Part shown: positions 11,930-23,086 of the stretch, in pieces
How the letters are laid out: the number at the start of each line of letters is the position of its first letter
Position numbering within the stretch: position 1 is the stretch's first letter
DNA from: Candidatus Poribacteria bacterium
GTDB lineage: Bacteria > Poribacteria > WGA-4E > PCPOR2b
Direction of reading: 5' to 3'
DNA: 64,000 bases
Assembly (NCBI GenBank): GCA_965218095.1
Contig: OZ244587.1
Span: 3,840,001 to 3,904,000 of the forward strand
Notes under the pieces: model-generated
Seen by the model: the letters and a program-made list of their open reading frames with translations, nothing else
What the model was told of the DNA's origin: nothing
Database searches by the model: none
Position numbers and translations under genes: made by a program

Positions 11930-12441
11930 TTATAGTGTAATATCCAACCTGTGGGTGTAGAGTTCGATACCCATCCCTTCCGCCAATTCAACAGCATTTG
12001 GATCAACAAACGGAGAGATGAACAATCTTCGATCCACCTTCACCCCTTCTGCCTGTTCAAAAAACGCAATCTTCCTTTGAAAAAGGGAAAGATCGCCACG
12101 ACTGATTGATGACTTGATTTCAATTGCAATGACCAAACTGTTCCGAATGATTACATCCATTTCAACCTGATCCGGATGTCCATAAACCAATCCAGCATCA
12201 TCATAACTCCGACACCTTTCAACCCGGAAACCAAGTTCATCGGTCAGAATCGCAGCGATCCCATTTCGGAATGCTTCTTCAGACATCAGTCCCCATCGCA
12301 CTCCAAGCCCTTGAACGGCATGTTCAAATCGCCTTAACGCATCACCTACATCGGGATTTTGGCTGATTAAGCGTGGAAATTCATTGGCGATTAATCGACG
12401 GATATCTTTTCAGCTAGTGGCGCGGTTTTTTCATTTGTCAT
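11930..12441 (-). pseudogene. PD-(D/E)xK nuclease-fold protein (DUF3782/DUF1626-like), 5' end frameshifted
   Basis: RWGLMSEEAFRNG...GHPDQVEMDVIIRN...IEIKSS motif; upstream ATG 12441 is out of frame. Confidence 0.7.
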
Positions 12442-12462
12442 ATCCATACTCACTTGATTTTC

Positions 12463-13989
12463 TCAAACCGGCAACGTAATAATAAACGTGACGCCCTGAG
12501 ATTGTGTTACATCAACTTCAATGGCGCCGCCGTGCTCCTCAATGATTTGTTGGCTAATTGCAAGTCCAAGCCCTGTCCCTTTCTGCTTCGTGGTATAGAA
12601 CGGATCAAACAGGCGTGACGCGACATCTGGCGGTATACCGCGTCCGGTATCCCGAACACGAAGTTGAACCGTTCGATTCTCGGAATTATGCTGTGTTTGA
12701 ATCGTCAAGATGCCACCGGCTTCCATTGATTCAACCGCGTTGCGAAAGAGGTTCAACAACACTTGCGTCATTCCATCCGCATTTACGGCAACCGGCGGGC
12801 AATCATCGTCCAGAACCTGTTCAACGCGGATGTCGTTTTGATCTAACTCCGTTTGGCAGATCGAGAGGCTATTGTCAATCAAGTACTCAATGGTGTTCGG
12901 CTTGACACCAGCGGTACGTGGGTTGCCGGACACAAGCAACTGCTCAACAACACCGTTCAGCCGGTCCACCTCTTTAATAATCACCTGGATATATTCTTGG
13001 ATCTCTGAATTCGATGCGCTTTCAAGCAGGAGAAGTTGCGCAGCTCCACGAATCCCTCCAAGCGGGTTTCTCACCTCGTGGGCAACTGTGGTGGTGAGTT
13101 TGCCGAGTGTTGCGAGGCGTTCGGATTGTACGAGCGCATCGATTATCTGCTGAATTTTGACACGCTGTGCCACAATCGCAGCGATAATCGTCAAGACACG
13201 AATATCATCTTCAATGGAAAACTCGTCCGATGCCTTATCAACGGTCAGTGTTCCGATTGCCTTTTCATCAACAATCACAGGAACACACCAGAAAGCTATC
13301 GGATCTTTAGACTGAACCGACTTCGCATCTGGAAACTCTATCTTCGGAAGGGGCGTGCGCGTGTGTGGCACACCAATTGGCTGGCCAGACTCCAGGACCC
13401 TTTGCTGAATCTCATCAATTTGACTATCCGTTCCGCGCCTGAGCTCTGCCTCTGTCAACCCGAAAATAGCCTCAACAGTTTTGACCTGCTCACCATCTTT
13501 CCAGATCCGCAAGGCACCGCGGTATACCCCCATCCGATCCGCGAGGGTTTTGATAATCCTTTGGAAGAGTTCGTCCAACTCCAGCGCAGTGTTTGCTGAG
13601 TCACTGATTTCAAAAAGGGTAGACAGATCACGCACCCGTTGCTCAAGATCTATGTTGGCTTGATCGATTTGCTGAAGCTGTGCTTCAGTGGTAATGCGTT
13701 GCGCTTTGAAAAGTCGGATGGTACGCACGATGAAAAACGCAATGAAGGGATATAAGGTTGCAACCACAGCAAGATGGAACTGCTCATAATAGAAGAAGAC
13801 GTAAATCCAATTTGCTAATGTCGTGAGCACAAGTAATACGCGCTGTCCACAATGCCCATCGTATATTCCCGCGAGGATCATCACTCCGTAGTAAAGATGC
13901 GTGGCGACATCGTAGTTTTGTGGGTTCTGAGAACCGTAGATGAAAAGGTTGATGAGTAAGACGAGGAATACAAGGGGAATTGTTGGCAT
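12463..13989 (-). CDS. Membrane sensor histidine kinase with GAF domain (NtrB-like)
   Basis: N-terminal TM helices, GAF, AHEVRNPL H-box, N, G1 (DTGRGI), F (FDPFYTTK) and G2 (GTGLGL) boxes. Confidence 0.95.
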   Translation of the reverse strand: MPTIPLVFLVLLINLFIYGSQNPQNYDVATHLYYGVMILAGIYDGHCGQRVLLVLTTLANWIYVFFYYEQFHLAVVATLYPFIAFFIVRTIRLFKAQRITTEAQLQQIDQANIDLEQRVRDLSTLFEISDSANTALELDELFQRIIKTLADRMGVYRGALRIWKDGEQVKTVEAIFGLTEAELRRGTDSQIDEIQQRVLESGQPIGVPHTRTPLPKIEFPDAKSVQSKDPIAFWCVPVIVDEKAIGTLTVDKASDEFSIEDDIRVLTIIAAIVAQRVKIQQIIDALVQSERLATLGKLTTTVAHEVRNPLGGIRGAAQLLLLESASNSEIQEYIQVIIKEVDRLNGVVEQLLVSGNPRTAGVKPNTIEYLIDNSLSICQTELDQNDIRVEQVLDDDCPPVAVNADGMTQVLLNLFRNAVESMEAGGILTIQTQHNSENRTVQLRVRDTGRGIPPDVASRLFDPFYTTKQKGTGLGLAISQQIIEEHGGAIEVDVTQSQGVTFIITLPV

Positions 13990-14134
13990 GACTAATACAC
14001 TTTTTCACAATTCATGTACATTTTAGCCAAGCTGCTATTCGGCTCAAAAGTTCATTAGTTCAAGAGTTCAGTAATTCAATGAACCAATGAACGCCTAAAC
14101 CAATTGACCTATGCACGACATTCATGAAGGGACC

Positions 14135-14743
14135 TTACTGTCTATCACGCAAGAAATTATCAAGCATCTTGAGTCCGATCCGACCGCTTTTCTCCAAATG
14201 GAATTGCGTGGCGATCAGGTTCTGATGGGCAACGACGCTGGAAAATTCGACACCGTAGGTGGTTTTACCGGCGATGTATGAATCGTCCTGCGGGATCGGG
14301 TAGTACGAGTTGACGAAATAGAAATGTGCGGGATTGGGGACCTCTTGAAAAATTGGGTGCGACTGCGTCTGATGCACCTCATTCCAGCCAATCTGCGGCA
14401 CTTTCAGCGTCGGTGTCGCCTCAAACTTTTTGACAACGCCGGGTAGGAGGCCGAGGCAATCGGTATCCTCTTCTGCGCTGTGCTCAAACAAAATCTGGAT
14501 ACCGATACAGATGCCCAACATCGGCTTGCCCGACTTGTAAAACGTCGTCAAGACCTCCGCAAGTCCGTCGACGTTCAGGTTATCCATCGTCGCCCGCGCC
14601 GCACCGACGCCGGGGAAGATCGCCTTCTCCGCACCCAAAATGGTCTGGGCATCGGCGGTAATTTTTCCATCGTAACCTAAGTATTTGACGGCGCGTTCAA
14701 CGCTGGTTAAGTTGCCCGCGCCGTAGTCGATGATGGCAATCAT
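14135..14743 (-). CDS. hisH: Imidazole glycerol phosphate synthase glutaminase subunit
   Basis: IIDYGAGNL, PGVG, LGICIG, QFHLEKSG. Confidence 0.96.
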   Translation of the reverse strand: MIAIIDYGAGNLTSVERAVKYLGYDGKITADAQTILGAEKAIFPGVGAARATMDNLNVDGLAEVLTTFYKSGKPMLGICIGIQILFEHSAEEDTDCLGLLPGVVKKFEATPTLKVPQIGWNEVHQTQSHPIFQEVPNPAHFYFVNSYYPIPQDDSYIAGKTTYGVEFSSVVAHQNLIATQFHLEKSGRIGLKMLDNFLRDRQ

Positions 14744-14750
14744 TGGAGAC

Positions 14751-15605
14751 TCATGTTGATAAAAGACTCGTTTGAAAAATTAAGAAACTACCGTTGAAAT
14801 GATGTTGAAGGGTAAAAATTTCCATCTGTGAAAATAGGTTTGAGACGTTCATTTGCTCAAATGCGACCTGCATTCTATTGATATGCAGTTTCTGATCTGC
14901 CCCGCTGTGACAGGGAACGGCAAAGTTCAGCGTATTCTCATCGATTTGGGGATATTGATTTTGATTTAGGAGATTTCCTCCCGCTTTAACCTCAGTCATC
15001 ACGCGGAAACGTAGCCGAACCGATGCGTTTTCGACGCTTCTTGTCTTGCTGAAGGTTTGTTGCTCGCTGAACAGATCCAACAGTTTCTGTTTCATTGAAT
15101 CCGACAACGATGCCCCCAGTTCATTAAGCCGTTCTTCCAGAGCTTGCCCAAATGACTCAGAAATCAACGTTGAAACAGGAATTGTCTCAAAGAACTTTCC
15201 GTGAGCTAGGCAGATTTTCACGCTTGGGTTCTTTCTGCCACGAATCAAGTAAAATACTTGCCGAATAGGTAAGGAAAGAATATTATTACCTGCTTCTTGC
15301 ATCTGTGTCCGAATGATGTTCTCTGTTCCTTCGATCAACTTCTGGACATCTTTTTCACCTGTCGGAATCGTCGAGTTGAAAGAGGCGACTGAATAGGTTT
15401 TGCTATCCTTCAGTTCGATCAGCTCTCCGCTGCTGAACATTAAGTTATTGTGATTGAGTTTGATAGCCAGATCAGGGAACCGTCCTTTGTTGATACATGC
15501 GAGCATCCCGTCATTAAAAGGAAAAGTATCAAGCGCATCCACCGACGTAAGTTTCGTTTTTTTTAGACATAGGTCAGCGAAGAAGTGATAGATTGAGTAA
15601 GCCAT
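14751..15605 (-). CDS. Putative type II restriction endonuclease (PD-(D/E)xK fold)
   Basis: Abuts a methyltransferase gene; FPDLAIK...ELIELKDSK catalytic-like motif; AT-richer than the flanks. Confidence 0.6.
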   Translation of the reverse strand: MAYSIYHFFADLCLKKTKLTSVDALDTFPFNDGMLACINKGRFPDLAIKLNHNNLMFSSGELIELKDSKTYSVASFNSTIPTGEKDVQKLIEGTENIIRTQMQEAGNNILSLPIRQVFYLIRGRKNPSVKICLAHGKFFETIPVSTLISESFGQALEERLNELGASLSDSMKQKLLDLFSEQQTFSKTRSVENASVRLRFRVMTEVKAGGNLLNQNQYPQIDENTLNFAVPCHSGADQKLHINRMQVAFEQMNVSNLFSQMEIFTLQHHFNGSFLIFQTSLLST

Positions 15606-16541
15606 CTATTGATTTGACTCAAAAAGTGCCATCTGTTTGGAAACAGATCTCGATTCTTTTTTTCGCACGTTTGTCCCCCAAATGGCTTCCAAGTCTGGGG
15701 TACATTCGTACTCTTTGAATAAACTGGAAATATCATCCGCATTCTTTTGTTCAGCAAGTCTTTTTCGGATGAGTTCGACGTTGACCGCATCCAGTTCAAT
15801 ACCGATCGGTTCTCGTCCCAATTGTTCTGCAACGACCAGTGTTGTGCCTGAGCCCGCAAACGGGTCCAATACAACATCACCGGCATTTGTCGAAGAGAGA
15901 ATAATCCGAAGAAGAAGTTGAATCGGTGCCTGTTGCTTGTGCAAGCGATTCCCCGCCGCATCGCGTAAGGCTTCATCTCCGGCAAAATAACCTGATGTCA
16001 ACTCCCGAATATCGTCCCACACGTCGGTGACGAACACCCCGTTTTTTCGCTCGTATTTGTAGCCTGTAGGGAGTGGCGGATCGATTCGCAGGCGGTGAAA
16101 TACCCGCGGGCGCCCCGCTTTTGTCGCAAAAGCGATGAGCTGGTAGTGCTTGCCAAAGCGTGTCATACCGGGGACAGCGGACGTTTTCTTTTTCCAAATG
16201 ACTAGGTTCTGAAATGTCCACCCAGATTCCCGCAGACACCGCAGAACGGCTTCAGCGTTCTTCTCGCGCTGCATAAAATAGATTGCCCCCCCCGGAGATG
16301 TCCGGTCATAAATCTTCCCACATACATCGCCCATCCACTTCCAATACCGCGCTTCTGGCAAGTTATCATCCCACTTGTTGTAACTCTTATCTTGATTGAA
16401 GGGCGGGTCTAAAAAGGTGAGGTCAGCGTGCTCAAAAGCGGTGTTCTGTTGGTCTAACAGCGAAACGCAATCTCCATGCAGCACAGTTGCTTTCATGTTA
16501 TTCCTCGTTGTCCGAAGTTTGACGAAACTGTTCGACTGCAT
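15606..16541 (-). CDS. Beta-class N4/N6 DNA methyltransferase
   Basis: DPPF motif IV precedes VLDPFAGSGTT motif I. Confidence 0.93.
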   Translation of the reverse strand: MQSNSFVKLRTTRNNMKATVLHGDCVSLLDQQNTAFEHADLTFLDPPFNQDKSYNKWDDNLPEARYWKWMGDVCGKIYDRTSPGGAIYFMQREKNAEAVLRCLRESGWTFQNLVIWKKKTSAVPGMTRFGKHYQLIAFATKAGRPRVFHRLRIDPPLPTGYKYERKNGVFVTDVWDDIRELTSGYFAGDEALRDAAGNRLHKQQAPIQLLLRIILSSTNAGDVVLDPFAGSGTTLVVAEQLGREPIGIELDAVNVELIRKRLAEQKNADDISSLFKEYECTPDLEAIWGTNVRKKESRSVSKQMALFESNQ

Positions 16542-16910
16542 AATCTATATATTTTTGTTGCGTTTCAATTCCGACATGCGCTCTACCCAGTTTTTCTGCC
16601 GCACAATTTGTCTGCCCACTTCCCGCAAAAATGTCAATCACCGAATCCCCCTTATACGAATAAAATTGGATGACCCGTTCGGCGAGTTCTAACGGCAATG
16701 GACACGGATGCAAATTCTCCTGTGGGGCTAATGGACGGATTTTCCAGACGTTTTTACTCTGCTCGCCCTGGTAATCGTACAAATCGATCTTGTTATTTTC
16801 TTTCTCCTCACTACTTCTGTTTCAGTAGATGTTGTTTTGACTTTTCTTATCCGCCGGTTTCTGGAAGACAAAAATATATTCAGCAACTAAGCTAGGATAG
16901 TAGTATCCGG
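16498..16910 (-). pseudogene. Second N4/N6 DNA methyltransferase, C-terminal half only (truncated by IS3, frameshifted)
   Basis: EYIFVFQKP, NVWKI, HPCPLP, DIFAGSG motifs; 5' half missing at the IS3 boundary. Confidence 0.85.
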
Positions 16911-18169
16911 TAAAGTGGACCCATTGTCCAGTCCAAAATAATGGATAAATAAGTAAGATGATTGAGAGTCACCGACACTGCTTTAGCCGAGATACACCTC
17001 AGCCGGCGTCGCATAATCGAGACTCCGGTGAGGTCGCTTCTCATTATAGAAACGCATATAATGAGTTAATTCATCAAAAAGGGCTTGTCCCGTCGGGTAC
17101 AGTTTCTGGTAAACATCTTCATACTTGACCGAACGCCAAAACCGCTCGATGTAAATGTTGTCAATGGCTCGACCCACGCTATCGATACTCATAGCAATGC
17201 CAGCGGCTTCGATAGTATCGGTGAAAGCATTCGCCGTAAACTGGATGCCTTGGTCGGTATTGAAGATTGCAAGGGTTGCCCCACATAATGCTTGATGCAA
17301 GGCGTCGAGACAGAACTGACCCGCTAAACTATTGGATAACTCCCAAGTGATGACGTAACGACTATACCAGTCGAGTATCGCAACCCAATACATAAACCCT
17401 TTATTCATCGGGATATATGTAATGTCAGCCGACCAGACTTGATTGGAGGCTGTCACCTCATAGTCACGTAATAGGTATGGATAAATCCGATGCTCGCTGT
17501 TAATGGGTGAGAGCTTGGGTTTGGGATAAATTGCTTCTATGCCCATCAAACGCATGAGTCGCCTGATGCGTTTGCGATTCACACGGTAGCCAAGACGCTT
17601 CAGATGCGCTGTCATTCGGCGACTCCCATAGAAAGGTGTTTCCATATACTGCTCATCTATTTGCCGCATCAGATGCAGATTGTCTTCCGACTCTGCAGCG
17701 GGTGGGTAGTAGAGCGTTGACCGAGAGACCGCCAGCAACTGACACTGACGACGCATACTCAGTTTGGGGTGGTCAGGTTCAACGAGTGCCCGTCTCTGTT
17801 CAGCGGCTTGAGGCAGCTTTTTTTTTCAACCAATCGAGTTCCATATTCAACCGCCCCATTTGCTCATACAGATTCGACTCTCTGTCATTTTGCTCGCGTT
17901 GTTGCTTACTCAGACTGGAAGCGCAAATATCGCTCCCATGTTCAAGCAACTGTTTCTTCCACTGGCTGATTTGGCTTGGGTGCAACTGGTGGTCGCTTGC
18001 CAGTTGGTTGATACTCTTGTCTGACTTGATGGCTTTAAGTGCAATTTGAAACTTGAATTTGGCAGTATGCCGAATCCGCTTTGTTGACATATTTAATCCT
18101 CCATTTACGGGGGTGAGTTAGACCTAATTTCTTACTTAACTCCTGGACCGAATATAGGGGACCATTATA
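16911..18169 (-). mobile_element. IS3-family element (orfA 17800..18090, orfB 16983..~17820)
   Basis: HTH orfA ending WLKKK; orfB with WSADITY, FNTDQG, DNIYIERFWRSVKYE; imperfect IRs TAAAGTGGACCC / GGGACCATTATA; no target duplication. Confidence 0.95.
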
Positions 18170-18500
18170 GTAAAGCGGTTGAGCCAGATAGGCACAAACC
18201 GCTTCTCTGATAAGCGAGACTTTCGCTTCAAACCAACTGACGCCGGTCGAGAAACAGTCCCGCTCAAGTCGTAGAAACGCTCGCAATGCCAGTCTAATAT
18301 GATTGCGTTGCGCAACTCCCTTGCGAACCATGCACCTCTCAACACCGACAAATTGCTTGATGCCTCAATGAGATTCTTCAATCGTCCAAGACAGTTCGTC
18401 ATACTTGAGTCGAAACAGTTCATTCATCAACAGGTCGCTCGTTGCCCAGTATTCATAGCCTTTATTATAACCTATTTTCTGTCCAAGTGCGTAACTCCTA
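18170..18500 (-). mobile_element. Internally deleted IS701-family remnant cut by IS3
   Basis: QRNHIRLALRAFLRLE...SWFEAK...IREAV.AYL C-terminal motif; end TGCGTAACTCCTA resembles the IS701 IR. Confidence 0.7.
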
Positions 18501-18506
18501 ATCTGC

Positions 18507-18541
18507 TAACCTTGCGAAGGTTCCAAACCTTCGCAAGGTTA
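18507..18541. repeat. REP-like palindrome, copy 2
   Basis: Perfect hairpin homologous to 375..409. Confidence 0.8.
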
Positions 18542-18802
18542 AATTTCGAGATTATTGACTTTTGGCTTTGGCAAATTAACAAGAGTTCATCGGCAGATCC
18601 ACCGGTGGCTCCGGTCCGAGATCGAGAGTCTTCGACTTGTTCCCCCGGGCCCCAATGCTTCAGGCGCAGACACTTTTGCTCCGTTAGGAGCAGCATGTTT
18701 GTAGAAACCCCTGCTACGTCAGTCTCCAAGCGCCGTAGGCGCGGCATGTTTTTTCATGGCGCCCCGATGGGACTTTCTGAACCATGAGCGCCGTGATTAC
18801 TA

Positions 18803-19639
18803 GGTTCTGTTGACATTTCAAGGGAGCCATATAAGAGTGGCGACAAAGCTGAGAAATCCAAAATAACGGACAGCTAGCTTCTCAAACCGAGAGAAGATAC
18901 GACGATACCATTTTATCTTGTTGATGAAACATTCAACCCGATGTCTCTCTTTGTATTAAGTGTTTGTCATACGTTCTTTGGTCAACACGATGACTTTTGG
19001 GCGGTATCACCGCAATCGCTCCATTCGCCTCAATAACAGCGATAAAAGCGTCCGAATCGTACCCCTTGTCTCCAATCACATATTCACTGTTATATCCGAT
19101 TATCAACCCTTCCGCCTCAGTTATGTCATGTCTCTGACCGGGTGTCAGATGAATTCTTAGGGGATTGCCTAGTCCGTCAACTGTGATGTGAATTTTTGTA
19201 CTGAAACCGCCCCGAGACCGACCTAATGCTTGGTTTTCAGTGCCACCCTTTTTTTTAAGGCGCCAGCTTTTTAAGGCGCCCGCCGCACACGGGTGAGCGC
19301 GGCAGATGGTACTGTCAACAATAAGCGACTCGATATCGGGGTCAGAGGCGAAGTGGGGGTGCATCTGTGTGAAGATACCTTTGTCGCACCATCGAGCAAA
19401 CCGCTTGTAGCGGGTGTTCCATTTGCCATAGGTGTCTGGTAGAAGTCTCCATTGAGCGCCGCTACGAGTCACCCACAGAACTGCTTCGACGAAGCGGCGT
19501 GTAGCAGCTTCGTCGCCAACATAGATGGTGGGACAGCTAAGAAGAAACCGGTATATCTTATTCCATTGTTCATCAGGTAAGGTTATTGGCGTCATTCTTC
19601 TATTATGCCACAACCTTATACTCAAATGTCAACAGAACC
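18803..19639 (-). mobile_element. IS5-family element, copy 2 (fused-frame allele with extra 3' frameshift)
   Basis: 16-bp TIR GGTTCTGTTGACATTT at both ends in CTAG context; transposase 18933..19625. Confidence 0.96.
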
Positions 19640-19640
19640 T

Positions 19641-20748
19641 AGTAGGACCTGACCGTCATACACCGATGAAAGCGATTGAAAAACTGCTTCGATAGCGCGA
19701 GGATGTACCCCGTTCTCTACTTCCTCGATTAAATATACCTCCTGATGGTGCGGTAAGTACGCCAGCAGGGTGAGGGCTAGTAAACGTAGCGTGCCATCAG
19801 ACACCAACCATGAAGGGATAGGATGTTCTAATTTTGAATAACATAACGTACAGCGAGATAGAGATGGCGGTCTTCTGGGCATTCAATGACATCAATCGTT
19901 TGCAGATCCGGCAATACGGTGCGGAGGTGTTCCAACCAGTCTTTGAAATCCTCCTCATGGTGGTTACGAAAATCCCTAACAACAAGTGGAAGATTTGAAC
20001 CGTCCATGCGAAATGCGCGCGGGACGGAAGGACTCGAAGGGCGACGCATAGCAGTGCTGTTAAGTGCCAATACGTGGATACCCTCCATAAGTACATTCCG
20101 TACCCACAAGGCAACAGGAAAACGCTTTTCATCTTGGAACAAGTTAGTCAGTGCAGCTCTGCGGGGACCAATTCGGAGGGGACTGCTCCACCTTCCAATT
20201 TCTGAATTGAAATAATCATTACCGCTCTCTGTCTTGCTGACGACCTTATGCCCCCCTTTCCGGGCACGCTTTGCCAACAAGCTTGCCGGTGGGATTGGTT
20301 CGTTAGGAAAAAGTGAGGGTTGCGGGTTAGTAAGTGACTGCTGCCTTGGACAGAGCCATAGAGTTTCGTTGGTAATTATTAATTTGTCGTTCCTCTGATT
20401 TTTTCCAATTGCAACCTCGTATCGCGCAATTCGATAACGACCGTTCCCTGCAGATTTGCGCAATTCGTCGGGAATCTCCAACTCAACTGCCAATTCAAAC
20501 TGGTCCGCTATCTGATTGAAGATAAGTTCATCCACACTCCTAGCTCTTCCGACTGATTCAATCGGGTCTTCACGCGCAAGGATGGCATCATCGAGCCCTT
20601 TTGTGAGGAGATCGCGAATTAGCCCCACGACATCAAGAAAAGTACTTTTCCCCGATGCGTTCGGACCTACAAGTACGTGGAAATGTTGCAATGGCTGACT
20701 GACGTAGCGCAGGCAACGGTAGTTCAAGGCTTCAATGTGTCGAATCAT
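19641..20748 (-). pseudogene. AAA_21/AbiEii-like ATPase, frameshifted near 19840 and truncated by IS5
   Basis: GPNASGKS Walker A, SDGTLR signature, IEEVENGVHP Walker B; the expected ATHSP end is missing. Confidence 0.88.
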
Positions 20749-20821
20749 CTTTGTTCGTCTCCTTATTAAATCCACAGATCGGCTGACATCGTACCACATT
20801 TCACGTTTGGCGCACTACTCC

Positions 20822-22594
20822 CTACATCTCCTCAAGCGTTTCAATGCCCAGCAAGGCTAAGGCTTTCTTGATAACAGCTGCTGAAGCGTTTATCAGTGCC
20901 AATCGAGCCTTTATCAATGGAGGACTCTCCGCAGAAAGTACAGAGTGCTTGTGGTAGAATTGATTAACAGTTTGCGCAACTATGAACAGATGATTACAGA
21001 TACGAGCGGGGGAGAGATCCCTAGCGGCTTCTTCCAGCACTCCAGGGAATTGGATCAGCGCACGAATCAACTGCAATTCTTCCTCGTTTCCGAGCAGCGA
21101 AAAATCTGGCTCAACCGAGGCAAGGTCTTGGGTTTGCGCTTTTCGCAGGATGCTGGCACAGCGTGCGTAAGCATACTGGCAGTAGGGTCCGGTAAAGCCA
21201 TCGAAGGAGATAGACTCTTTTGGGTCAAAGTTGATGGTGAGTTCAGGGCGGACGCGTAGCAGATAGAATTTAATTGCCGCAAGCCCGATGACGAAGGCAC
21301 GTTTCTGGACCTCCTCATCCGACAGCCTGCCCTCCAAGTCGCGTTGCCGAATTTCATCTGCGGCAAGCTGGGCCATCTCCTCGATTAGGTCATCGGCATC
21401 AATCACTGTCCCCTCACGCGATTTCATTTTCCCCTCCGGAAGATTCACCATACCGTAAGAGAGGTGGTAACACCCGCGTGCCCATTCAAAATCGAGCATG
21501 TCAAGCAACTTGAACAAATACTGGAAATGGTAGTTCTGTTCAGAGCCAACAACATAAATAGAACGGTCAAGTTGGTGCTGTTCAAACTTCATTTGCGCTG
21601 TCCCCAGGTCCTGCGTGATGTAAACGCTGGTACCATCAGCCCGAAGCGCCGTCACCTTCTTTGGACTGCCGTCTTTCTCCGCGCCAAACGCATCGATCGG
21701 AAGATCTGCGACGATTGCACCATCTTCTGCCTTGACGAAAACGCCTTTTTCTAACCCCATCTGGATGATGTTCTTGCCAAGCTGATAGGTATCGGATTCG
21801 TAGTAGAAAACGTCGAACTCTAAACCCAACCGCTGATAGGTTTCGCCAAATCCATCATAAACCCAGTTGTTCATCGTCTCCCAAAGTTTGAGCGTTTCCG
21901 TATCGCCGGCCTCCCATTTCCGAAGCATTTTCTGAATCTTTTGCTCCAGACTCGGATTTTCCTCTTCCTCTTGTGCATAACGGAGGTACCAATCTCCAAC
22001 AAAATGATCGCCCTTTGTGCCAGTCGATTCCGGCGTTGCGCCATCCGCCCACTTCAACCAAGCGAGCATCGATTTGCAAATGTGAACCCCGCGGTCATTC
22101 ACAAGGTTTGCCTTAATCATCGTATATCCCGCTGATTCAAGTAATTTTGACACCGCCATTCCGAGGACGCCGTTGCGAATATGTCCCAGATGTAGGGGTT
22201 TGTTCGTATTTGGAGACAGATACTCGACCATGAGACGTTGCCCCTGACCAATATCAACGTTTCCAAAACGCACTCCCTGTTGCACAATCTCCGCACACAC
22301 GTCACCAAACAGGGCGCGGTTGTAGATCTTAAAATTCAAATATGGTCCAACAGCTTTCACTTCTTGCATCGATTCGCTCGGTTGAATTTCCGCCGCAACC
22401 GCCTGGGCAATCTTGGCAGGGCTTTGACGAAACTGCTTTGCCAACGGGAAACACTCAACTGCAAAGTCACCGAATTCAACCTTTGGCGGATAACCCAATC
22501 TGAGGACTTGGGGCTTTTGTCCGAAGACGCTTTGGCAGACTGATTCTACGATGGTTAAAATCTCGGTTTTAATGCTGGTGATTGACATCATCAA
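20822..22594 (-). CDS. argS: Arginine--tRNA ligase
   Basis: SPNTNKPLHLGH, KMKSREG, GPYCQYAYAR, C-terminal LGIETLEEM. Confidence 0.98.
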   Translation of the reverse strand: MMMSITSIKTEILTIVESVCQSVFGQKPQVLRLGYPPKVEFGDFAVECFPLAKQFRQSPAKIAQAVAAEIQPSESMQEVKAVGPYLNFKIYNRALFGDVCAEIVQQGVRFGNVDIGQGQRLMVEYLSPNTNKPLHLGHIRNGVLGMAVSKLLESAGYTMIKANLVNDRGVHICKSMLAWLKWADGATPESTGTKGDHFVGDWYLRYAQEEEENPSLEQKIQKMLRKWEAGDTETLKLWETMNNWVYDGFGETYQRLGLEFDVFYYESDTYQLGKNIIQMGLEKGVFVKAEDGAIVADLPIDAFGAEKDGSPKKVTALRADGTSVYITQDLGTAQMKFEQHQLDRSIYVVGSEQNYHFQYLFKLLDMLDFEWARGCYHLSYGMVNLPEGKMKSREGTVIDADDLIEEMAQLAADEIRQRDLEGRLSDEEVQKRAFVIGLAAIKFYLLRVRPELTINFDPKESISFDGFTGPYCQYAYARCASILRKAQTQDLASVEPDFSLLGNEEELQLIRALIQFPGVLEEAARDLSPARICNHLFIVAQTVNQFYHKHSVLSAESPPLIKARLALINASAAVIKKALALLGIETLEEM

Positions 22595-22597
22595 CTC

Positions 22598-23086
22598 CTA
22601 TTCCTCGCTTGAATCGGAAGGGAAAAGGCTGTTTTCGTCAAAATCGTAGTCCTCAAGTTCATCGTAGGCTTCATCATCTTCCTGATAATCGGCTATGACC
22701 TCTACATCAGAGACTTCGATTTGTGGCGCTTCTGCCCAAAGGCGCTCGAGGTTGTAGTATTCACGTTTCTCTTCTAGAAAAATATGTACGACAAAATCAA
22801 CATAGTCTAACAGTATCCAGTCCGCGTTTCGATTTCCTTCGCGATGCCAGGGGCGCTCATTCCAGTTTTCTTTCAGTTCTTCTAAAACGGCATCAGATAT
22901 ACCTTCGACCTGCGTATCTGAGATACCGCTACAGATGACGAAGAAGTTTGTAAACGAGGCTAACTCCCTCAGATCGAGGATCACCGCATTGCGAGCTCGT
23001 CGGCTCAAGGCAGTGGCAGCGGCAGCGGCAGCGGCAGCTTGTACTATTTCTAGCGTGTTTTTTTCCACGTTGTTCCTCCTTATCAT
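22598..23086 (-). CDS. rsfS: Ribosome silencing factor RsfS/Iojap with acidic tail
   Basis: FVICSG, WILLDYVDFVVHIF, REYYNLERLW. Confidence 0.95.
   Translation of the reverse strand: MIRRNNVEKNTLEIVQAAAAAAAATALSRRARNAVILDLRELASFTNFFVICSGISDTQVEGISDAVLEELKENWNERPWHREGNRNADWILLDYVDFVVHIFLEEKREYYNLERLWAEAPQIEVSDVEVIADYQEDDEAYDELEDYDFDENSLFPSDSSEE

Noticed and set aside
23010-23040. Poly-Ala GCN tract in rsfS as a phase-variation switch
   Set aside because: Imperfect in-frame trinucleotide tract; length change would not shift the frame.
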